DNA from: Perkinsus chesapeaki ATCC PRA-425
Taxonomy: Eukaryota; Protista; Perkinsozoa
Reading direction: 5' to 3'
Assembly (NCBI GenBank): GCA_013115145.1
Contig: JAAPAO010000247.1
Span: 1 to 47,384, forward strand
Length of the DNA stretch: 47,384 nucleotides
In this document: positions 34,129 through 43,858 of the stretch, piece after piece
Position numbering within the stretch: the first letter of the stretch is position 1
Layout: each line of letters starts with the position of its first letter
Made by a program: the position numbers and the translations under genes
The notes under the pieces: model-generated
Told to the model about the DNA's origin: nothing
Databases searched by the model: none
The model's input: the letters and a program-made list of their open reading frames with translations, nothing else

Positions 34129-36593
34129 ATGTCAAGTACATTTGCTGGGTTCTCAACTCGTGTCGGTATACCCAGCTTCATCGCGGGGCTTATTGTCGGG
34201 GGAGCTGGTATGAGTATGCAGAGGCAACACACAGCTCTACCGGGTGACAGTCAGGAACCTGTTGCCAAGCCTCAAGGTCAGTGTTGAGAATTAATGGTAT
34301 TTCTGTTGGCTTTTATGGCATGAACGCAAACTATTTAATATCGATGATATGTGTTTACAAAGGTGGATGCATAGATTCATTTTACTTGCGATGTGTCATG
34401 ACCTGCGATTCATCTCATGGATGCATCAGGTTGGTAATGATACCTCATTGCGGCATAAAGGCTATATAACACTAGAAACCCTCTATGAGAAGGATTAGCC
34501 TTCTCACTCTTATGTGGATTGAATTCTGAGGCGCACCATGCTATGAAGCTACTGTATCTTTATAACAGTGACAAACTTTTCATCAAACTTTCGATTATAT
34601 CTCCGCACAAGTAACCCTGCTCGGCCCGCAAGTAACGCATTTCTCTTTTTGAGGTTAGTACCAATATCAACTAGCTACCCTCTTATCAGAATCCCCTCAT
34701 GAAGAAAAGACCAAGCACTATCCCTCGGCGAAGCTCCCATCTCAGGATCACATCCTCACAAGACAGTCCTATACCAGTAGCGCTAACTACGCTACAAAGA
34801 TACCAAACTGGGTAGGAAACGGTTTTCTGCTAATATTACAGTGCTGCTCTTCGGCAGGTAGCTGAAGCCATTACGTACAATAGCGTAACGAGTAAAAACG
34901 CAGACAGAAAGAGAGCTGCGTTCAAAGCTGATGAAGACGTTCCTGAGATGTAAGGATCCACATTGTTCACGACAGCACAACCATTGCGAATTTGAGCAGC
35001 ATCGAGAATTTGCTGATTCTTCCGTGTCTAGTGCCCGCTGCGTTCTGTAGAGTAGGAATATCGGCAGGCGTAACTCGCCTCGGGCAAGTTGCATCGCCAA
35101 AACCTCGTGAACTGTACGACGTGAATGATGTAAGTGTCAGCGAGCTCAATGGACCTCCAACGGGAATTTCTTGAACAAAACTCTGGAAAATTTTTTATAT
35201 TTTTTTACTGAGCCACGTTCATTTAGTGCACATAAGTGCCACTCTATTCAGCTTCCTATTCCACCCAGGTTCCGAGCATCAAATGCGGACTACTGGGATT
35301 CGGGCTGGTCACGAGGACATCTGTCCATGGCCGGCGCACACAAGGATGACCAGAACGCCCAGAACGACACTTTCCTCCTTAGTGGGAACATCGTAAGTCA
35401 GCACTTTAAATGCTCTCGGAAATCGACGTTTTCAGGTCCCTCAAGATTTGAGTATGAACGGTTCCGATTGGTTACGGCTCGAGTAGGGCAGCTTAACGTT
35501 GGTGTGTGTAGGGTACTTACTTAGGTATCTGACTTTGGATTTGGCAAGAGAGCATGGTCCTGATTCCGATGACGCTGTTTATGTTGTCTCTGGACCATTA
35601 TGGATGGCTGACTTCCCTGAGGATCATCTCACCAAAGAGATCGGAGCAAGGTCGCACACTAAGGTGAGCTGTTGGTATGATTTTATGGTCTAGGAAGAGC
35701 TGTTAAGCTCCAAGAACTTTTACGTTGTTGACTTGCTAAGCCTATCATATGTTTGTATTGAAGCGGCGAGTGTGTTGGCTAGTTACTACCTACCACTTCT
35801 ACTAGTTGCCTAGTGACCAGTATGGACTCACGACGAGTTGCCCATCGCATTTCACTGTTGCAAGCTGCAACTGCAACTTGCACCTCTCGTCGCTCCTTCG
35901 ATGGAAGAAATAGCACTGCTTTTCGTTATGGTTTGTCACGTTCAAAATTCGTGGGGTTGTTACGCCTCACAGACTAGCCTCCCATTTATCCTGTAGCTAC
36001 TAGCAATAGTTGTTATTTAGGTTATCAACGACGGCAGCAACGGTAAGCCGAAGCGGTATCAGGTCAAGTACGAGATCATAGGCGACAACGAGCTGGCCGT
36101 GCCTACCCATCTCTTCAAGGTTGTCTACGACACGAAAACGAATTCCTCGGCGGCATTCATTATGCCAAACAAGCCTATTCGGTACGAGAAGAATCTGAAA
36201 CAGTACCAGGTCCCAATCGAGAAGGTCGAGAAGGCTACTGGCTTGGACTTGTCTGCGATGAAAAAGGGGACAGATTTGTGTGGTCCCGAGAACCGCTGTG
36301 TTAAGAAGGGTGGTCGACGTATAAACTCGTGGCGGGTATATGGTTCCATCCAGAGCGCCAAGGACAGGGAGACCTTCATTAGAAGAGTGAAGAGAGCTAT
36401 TGATAGGAACTACTTGACGGATGACAACTTCCTTCTAACGAAGATGATTCGAGAAGAGATGATCGATCATCAAGGAGCGACGAATCCAGTGGAATTACTC
36501 GGCCCCGGAGAGTATGCTGAGAAGCTCCAAGAGGCCTTCGATCGGATTGATGCTCGCGAGCAGGAAAGAAGAGCTGTTAAACAATCTGCTTGA
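34129..36593 (+). CDS. EXOG: Mitochondrial-type DNA/RNA non-specific nuclease (EndoG/Nuc1/EXOG family) with EXOG-like features
   Basis: N-terminal hydrophobic SFIAGLIVGGAG; KIPNW|VAE; FKADEDVPEM|FRASNADYWDSGWSRGH (SRGH at 35309-35320); NI|VPQD...W..LE; VYVVSGPL; VKYEIIGD...VPTHLFKVV. A C-terminal extension follows the LC...C motif. The family call is firm; the EXOG subfamily call is tentative. Confidence 0.85.
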
Positions 36594-36648
36594 TTTGCAG
36601 TAACTGACGTTTTCGAGTCATTCGCGGTTTGAGTTAAGAAGTTTGTGA

Positions 36649-38344
36649 TCATCGAGTCGATGACAATCTACCTGCGCCAGGGTCGTCTTTACTACTTAAA
36701 CGCCCATATAATACATGGCATATATGCCAGTATAACACTAATGACATTAGTCTAATGTGACGTAAATATCTCTATGCAATGTGTGCATGTCACTAATACG
36801 ACTCTATCGAGCGTGGTTTATCATCATTATGAAGGCCTTACGTGTTACGTACTACTGTTTTACATCACCAAGGGGACTTTTCAAGGTGCCCTTCTCATTA
36901 CCCATGAATACAACAATGAATGAATCAATAATTAGGTGACTGAGTCACCGTGACTCTGATAATTATTGTACGGAATGTATTACCAACAATCCCTGTATAA
37001 GACGACTGCAGTCACCAAGATATATTGTATTCAAAGCATACGAACCAGTGTTACCCACCAGTATTATTTCAAATGAGGCCATGGTAGACCATAGAAACGG
37101 TCATCACTAACGGAGCCGCACAGTGTGCGGCGCACACTCCCTTTTTTACGGTACGGTAACTGAGTTACCGTAACTCAACTACTATATCTAACTATTAACT
37201 GTAGTTATATACAATACTATCTAACTATTATCGCCAATGGCCAATCGCCAATCGGATGACATCCACCGTCCTGTTCTTTCTGAACAGGGCCAGTAGCCCT
37301 GGGCCACAACTCAGGTAGGGTCATTTAAGTTGTAGTCTATGAAAAGTTATCTCTACAACTTGTAGAGATAACTTCAAGTTATTAACTTGTCATAACTGAA
37401 AACTATTTATGATCTTAGAAAGCGACTATCGGGTAGTCTGACGGAATCGATGAACGAGCCCCTGTGATGGATAGCACTAAACTCATGATGAGAAGCCAGA
37501 TATTGTTAGTGTGACTGTCTGGGTTCCAGTCTCCATCATAGCTCGAAGGAAAAGGGCCTTTACTAAGGCACAACTCGCAAATAGTAGTACTGTACTACTA
37601 CTACTGTGTTAGATTCTTCGTCCTCTGGTACCATCTTAACTCGAGGCTTATTGGAATTAGACATTCAATTTTATACAAGTAAAATGTTAATAATACAATT
37701 GGCAGTAAAACAGCTGATGTATAATAATTACACTATAATCAGTATTAGAACACTATCAGTAACAAATAATCAACTCCTCAGTCTAATAATCATAGAAGTG
37801 TTCACGGCGTGAACTTCACGCTAGGCTATAACGTAGCTTAAAGATGTTGTGCTTCCATTGTGATAAATGAGTAGAGGCAAATAAATAAAGGGCTGCACAC
37901 AATCAATAAGCGCTCGCCACACTTCTGTAGTAGAGATAATACCAGATGGCATCTGGCAGATGCCGAGTCTCTGCGGGAGCAGACAAAGGGACGTTCAGAA
38001 AAAGGTAGAAATGACCCTAAATTAGATGCAAATAATGGCGGGGCAGCATAGCTAGTACCGTACCGTATAATTCACGGCGTGAATGCAATAACGATAACAA
38101 TAATGGGAGGTATTGCAGCCTGTAATTTGCAGGTACTAGCGCTAAGCTGCGCCGTGACACAATGTACGAAACCATCTTGCACAAAATCTGGTTAGCGAAA
38201 GGAGAAATGGACTGTAGCCGCTACAGTGTAGCGGCAGTGAAATATCGCGAATAGAGGGATTGCGCACTGGTAAGGTGCAACCCCACGGGGGTTGCACAGT
38301 AATTCGGATTTCTATTTTATGTGGCACATAAAATAGAAATCCGA
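36649..38344. mobile_element. Intergenic cluster of putative transposon excision scars and 1-nt-centred palindromes
   Basis: Perfect 22-mers at 36737, 36935, 37116, 37155, 37368, 37800, 37942 and 38212; a one-mismatch copy at 38112. Single palindromes at 36649-36663, 37344-37374, 37582-37600, 38070-38084, 38275-38297 and 38304-38344. Confidence 0.75.
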
Positions 38345-38886
38345 CACAACCCGTGCGTGCAGCTGTGGGCACGCGTGCAAAATCCAGCGATACCATCAGT
38401 TCACATCTGGGCATATGGTACGGCCGTATCGGCCGAGCCGGGCCTGGAGCGTTGTCGAGTGGACTTCGACGGACAACTTTTTCTGTGAAAGATCTTGAGT
38501 ACGGCGATGTCTAGTCTGCTGCTAATAAACCTTGAACAGTACTCGGCAGCTGGGGTTTCCTCACTCCTTTAGTTCGAGGTCAAGATTAGAACGATAGACT
38601 GACATTGGAAACATACTACATACCTATCCTGGAACTCCGGGTGTTCATGGAGTTCAGGCTTTGAGCCCAAAGATAACCTAGCGTCCGGGTTTCGGGTTGA
38701 GTATTGCTGTTCCCCCCCGTAATCCCGTATTCGATGAGATTTCATGTCCACTTATATATCAGGGCAGCCGTCAAATTAGTCGGAGTCCGCGCCACCGGAA
38801 TTTTAGGGCGAGCGAGGTTACCAACTGCGTTTTCGGTCTGTCATTCGAAAGACGAGTGGGATATAAATTCTTCCCAGTGCCCGAAG

Positions 38887-39804
38887 ATGGAAGTGCTATC
38901 AGACTCTACCCAAGCCGAAACATTGAGCTCGTCCTCCTCTCTTGAGAGCTCAACGGTGATTTCGGCGTGTCGGACTGAACTGTGGGCGCCCTTACTGGAA
39001 GGTTTAGCGATCGACAGCGTCGCCATTGATATCGGTGATGACTTTATTGGTTATATAAACGAAGACGGTCTCGATGGCGCAGCCTTTCCAGTGATCAGGA
39101 GGGACTCTGAAAGCGATTGGGAGTACGACGATGATGAAGTAACTTCAACCGTAACGGAAAGATTCCCTCAATTAAGCGCTCGAGTTCAAACTGCGATCGA
39201 CGATTTTGGCGGCACGGTCTTCCCCAAACTATCTTGGTCTGCACCGACTGATGCCGAGTGGATCAGAGGACCGGACGGTATGAAGTGCCACAGTCTCGAC
39301 GACATTGCGGTTTTATTGAAGGCGAGCGACTTCGCCCAGTTCGACCTTCAGGGGTTGGCGCTGCCAGAAGCCTCTCGACTGAGCTTTCCCCGCCCGAAGC
39401 TGATCCTAAAACCGTATATTGAGCCTTGGCATCAAACACTGGAGTTTAGGTGCTTTGTAAACAAGCGTAAACTGCGAGGAGTATGTCCGAGACATCTCAC
39501 AGGGCATTTGCCATTTCTGAAGGAGATGATGTTTGGCGAAGAAAACGGTATGGGAAAATTGAAGACCTTCGTGGAACACAAAGTAATGGCGCGGCTGGTG
39601 GCCGAAGAGTACGATAAGGTCGTCATCGATGTATACAAGAAAGGGCAGCGTTATGTCTTGGTCGATCTTGGCCCGTGGGATGAAGAATTGACGGACCCTT
39701 TGCTGTTCACCTGGGAGGATTTAGCAGAGCGAAGTGATGATGCGGAGTGGAGGGAAGTCCCTAGAGGAACGATCCCTAGCAATCCTAGTGCACTCAGGAA
39801 GTAA
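38887..39804 (+). CDS. CDC123: Cell division cycle protein 123 (D123, ATP-grasp eIF2 assembly factor); largely intronless
   Basis: FIGYINEDG, FGGTVFPKLSWSAPTDAEWI, SLDDIAVLLKASD, LEFRCFV, YVLVDLGPW...TDPLLFTWEDL. The likely start is the ATG at 38887 inside ORF 38704-39804; a short extra 3' exon is possible. Confidence 0.92.
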   Translation: MEVLSDSTQAETLSSSSSLESSTVISACRTELWAPLLEGLAIDSVAIDIGDDFIGYINEDGLDGAAFPVIRRDSESDWEYDDDEVTSTVTERFPQLSARVQTAIDDFGGTVFPKLSWSAPTDAEWIRGPDGMKCHSLDDIAVLLKASDFAQFDLQGLALPEASRLSFPRPKLILKPYIEPWHQTLEFRCFVNKRKLRGVCPRHLTGHLPFLKEMMFGEENGMGKLKTFVEHKVMARLVAEEYDKVVIDVYKKGQRYVLVDLGPWDEELTDPLLFTWEDLAERSDDAEWREVPRGTIPSNPSALRK

Positions 39805-40609
39805 TAGTGGGGCGCGGGAAACTTACCAAAGCTTTCCAAACAATATTTTGGCAATATCTATCTCGAAGATGTCTGACATAATTCAGACTTCAAAGCATTC
39901 TTGCTTAATTCGCGAACGAGTTGTTTGTTTGAAAATTGTAATCGATGTCATCGTTATTGTAGTAGTATTGAGAGTGAAGATATATTACATTGTCGTGGCC
40001 AATACTGATTAATACTAATAATACTCATTTTTATTGCAATTTATTGTTCATATCTTACCGATATCTTCGTTGTAAATATAGGGAAATACTGTCCCCCTCA
40101 GGCAAGCGTCTCGTATGCCGGTTGAGGTTGCGGAGCAGTTGCTGCTACATGGCGGAGATGTGGATAAGTTGGTAGATTCATTACGTTGATTAATACACGT
40201 TTCTATTTGAGAATGTCCTTGAGCAATCACGGAGGGGTTGGTGAGGTTAATTTTCCGCGTAAAGTTCGCAAGTGCGGTGATTGGTTCGCCAGGTATTTCG
40301 AGTCTGACTTTGCCCTTGCTATTCTCTGATGAGGTGGGAAAGTGAGCTTGAGCGTTGAAGATATGTTCATCCTAGTGTGTTGGCGGGGATGAAAAATGGC
40401 CAAAAAAATCTTCCTTTTCCCAGCTGCTATCTTGGTGTGATGAGAGCGCTCTTCTGGACTAAATTGCTGTGTCTTTTATCTGATTAATCTGGTATGTAAT
40501 TTCGTGGCGCATTTCTGGGAGAAATATGCTGGGAGGTCATAGAGCTTCCTTGGGTCGGGTAGCAGATGTTCCAAGGTTGTTCGGGCCAGGAGTTTTGAAA
40601 TCGATTCCA

Positions 40610-43528
40610 ATGGCGAATAATTTGGACAACATCGACATGCCTTCGGACAAGAAGGAATATATTGTAGCGAAGCTGAACCCAGTTTTGGAGGAGATGGTCA
40701 CCAGGATCGTCACAGATCTTCCGGAGGACCTACCCAAGTGAAAATCTGGGGGAAAGTTGGTATGAGGATTTTAACGCAGATACATGATAGACTTCCTGAA
40801 GGAGAAAGCTGGACCATCTGGTGCTAAGGAGAGTTCGGGTGATGAGAGTGCGTTGCGCGAGGAGAACGCTCAGTTGAAGGTGGAGAAATTCAGCATTGTT
40901 CGGCGCTACGGCGATTTCTTATGTCGTTTCAGAAGCAACTGGCTGAGCTTAGGAAGGCCACAGCAAATTACTCCTTACTCAGTGCTAAGCTTCAATCAAC
41001 GGATGGTGGGAGGGGGGGGCGGAAGTCGACCTATTTTGTATCTTTAGATTGCGGCACGACAACCAATGCTGATTCTGATGTTGAGTCTGACGAGGAGGAC
41101 GATGATGAGGTCGATGAGCTGCCGGAGGCATTCCTCATGCCTGAGAATCAGAAAGGTGATAATTGTGGCGGAGCGGATGGGCACCCTCGGCAAAATATTG
41201 TTGGTGTTTGATATGGTGAACTACTATATAGTATCCTTGTGTGCCGTGGCTACTTTGGTAGTTCTATCTCCCTAGCAAACTCTTGTGCCCGGTTTTTGTA
41301 TGGATGCTGCTGTACTACGAACTGGAAATGTTGGAGGTTAAATGATAGGACCGGTAGAGCAACTCTGGTCATATATGTCCCCATCGTTTAATTCTACCCG
41401 GCGCGAACTGGTAGCTTGCAGTAGGGAGCTTATCGTACTTGCCTTGGCGTGAGATGGTGCATTTAGGAAAGAACCGCCAATCTGTGTCGGCGGAGGCATA
41501 CGGTGCGTGGAATGTCAAGCAAGCATTTACCCCACCAGTGGTGGATAAGACAGAGGAGCAGAAAGCAAGGATACGGGAGGTACTTGGGAGGGCCAGGAGT
41601 GGCGGAGGGGTATTAGTTGCCTCAAGTAGAGGTCTGGAATCTGGGAAGACAGGATTAAGTCTTTGTACTTGCTGCTCGGGTCGGCAAAATTATCGGCATT
41701 TTGTGAAATGTTTATCGGTATTTTGCCGTGACTACTTTTCCGACGGATAAAACACCGAATTTGGAGGGAGTAGCGACTACGAGGAGCTGCAACTGTTGTT
41801 GTTAAGGGCAATTGCTGGCGAGTCCTCAACAAACACGAGTTGTTGCCAATGTCCAGTGCACCGTATTCTCAATTTGCCGCGGTGAATATCTCATCATATA
41901 CAGGATAATAATTGATCATATCATCCACGGTATACTAATAGCCTACTGCACCTGATTAGGTCCTGGGTAAGTCATTTATGTTCGCCAATGTTGAGGAGAA
42001 AGAGATGGCTGTGGTAGTGGACGCCATGGAGGAGGTAACAGTAGGCCGAGGTTTGGGATCCGATAGTCTTCTTCTGAAACGGTTGATCGATTTCGTGCTT
42101 CTGTGGCCTATAATAGGAAGTACAGGTGGCATGTCACTATTGTATATTAGTTATATTTTGTCAGAATCTGTGAAGTACCGTTCGCAGCATTCTCTTTATT
42201 TGCCCCTACAACTATGAGCTATTACTGATCCTTCCTAGGTTAAGCTAGATGCTGGTGTACGAGTTATTAAGCAAGGTGATGATGGTGACTTCCTATTTGT
42301 TATTGAAGAGGGTACCTTAGACTGTATTAAAGAGGTACCTTTCAATTCCTCTTTACTACTTAACAGTCTTAACAGATTAACGGTGAGGAGAAGGTTGTTA
42401 AGACTTGTGAGAGTGGCGATGTCTTTGGTAAGTGATGGTAGATCTCCTGGCTCCATTGGCCCTGTGTGTTTGAAATACCTCCACATGACGGGGGTGACTC
42501 CTGTGAAAATTTATTGTTGGTTTTTACGGCAAAAACTGTTCTTATTGTTCTTGAAAAACAAACAAAAATGTAATTTATATTTAGTTTATTGTTATGTGCT
42601 GTATTATCGTGCAGTAGGTAAGATCCTCCAATGCTTCCATTATCTCCTGTTCAGGTGAGCTATCGCTTCTTTACAACTGTCCAAGGGCGGCTCATGTCCA
42701 ATCTAAGGACGCCTGTGTGCTATGGAAACTTGATAGGGAGACATTCAATCACATTGTTAAGGTAAGCAGCGGATGGATTGGATTGCTCATCTGGAAAATA
42801 TCCTGCCGAACGCATCTTCTGGCTCTGGAGGATTTAAAAATTGGGTCGAAGTTTTCGGAAAGTCGCTTGCCGAGATACTGTGAGAGGATCTGCTATGAAA
42901 TCCATCGGCAAATTTTACGCTGAGCGTCCGGTTTAATTTTAGTGAAATGTTTGGACGATTTTTATCGGTGGGGCCGAACTTGTTTTGTATGTCAGGACGC
43001 TGCTGCGAAGAAGCGTGAACGGTACGAGAGCTTCCTCCACAAGGTGCCACTTCTGGCCGCCATTGGCGCCTACGAGCATTCTCAGGTAAGTTGGCGAACT
43101 TCACTTGTGTGGGACGCTCGCTCTGATTTGTCAGATTGCTGATGCATTGAAGCCACAGTCTGTCGGTGCGGGTGAGGTTATTATGTCTCAAGGTGAACCT
43201 GGTGACACTTTTTATATTCTTGAGGAAGGCGAGGCTTACGCTGAGAAAGACGGCGCTAAGGTGGGCAGATGGTAAGATCGTTTTGTGAGGCTTCCGTTAG
43301 GTTATGGACTACGCGTCCGGCAGCTACTTCGGCGAGTTGGCACTGATCAAAAATGAGCCGCGCGCTGCGACTGTGAAGGCGGGAGGTGAGCTATGCTGGA
43401 AGTGGAGTTCGGAGGCCTGTGTTGCAGGGTCGGGAGCGAAGCTGCTGGCGTTGGACAGAAGATCTTTTAAAAGACTCCTTGGAAGTGTGGAGGAGTTGTT
43501 GAAGAAACAAGCCGACGAATACCAGTAA
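40610..43528 (+). CDS. PKAR: cAMP-dependent protein kinase regulatory subunit, about 12 exons
   Basis: Inhibitor linker KNRQSVSAEAYGAWN and two cNMP-binding domains with phosphate-binding cassettes FGELSLLYNCPRAA and FGELALIKNEPRAATV; splices are in frame. Confidence 0.97.
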
Positions 43529-43858
43529 AGAAAACCAGCAGCTGCTTCGATGGTTTAATTCGTGAACATGTTATGAATACTACATTCATGGTTGTTGATG
43601 TCCTTTGAGTTGCGTACGAGTGAAGATCATCGTAACGAACAAGAAAGCCAGTGCGTTGCTGGCGACGAGTTAAAACGACGGACTGCTCTAAACGGCTTCG
43701 AAGGTGTTCAGATATTCCATGACATATGACAATGGCATGCCAAAATCCATTTCGTGTTAGTAGTACCTGTACAGCAGTGTGGTATAGGGACTACTAACAC
43801 GAGATAGAGTTAACTGAACTTGTGGTAACCACTCCTTCGGCCAGTTTTCGTGAGGAAC

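Noticed and set aside
36600-38450. Palindrome cluster as a structured ncRNA, tRNA or terminator array
   Set aside because: 1-nt loops are poor RNA hairpins, overlapping palindromes are mutually exclusive, and there is no cloverleaf or U-tract; a DNA-level origin fits better.
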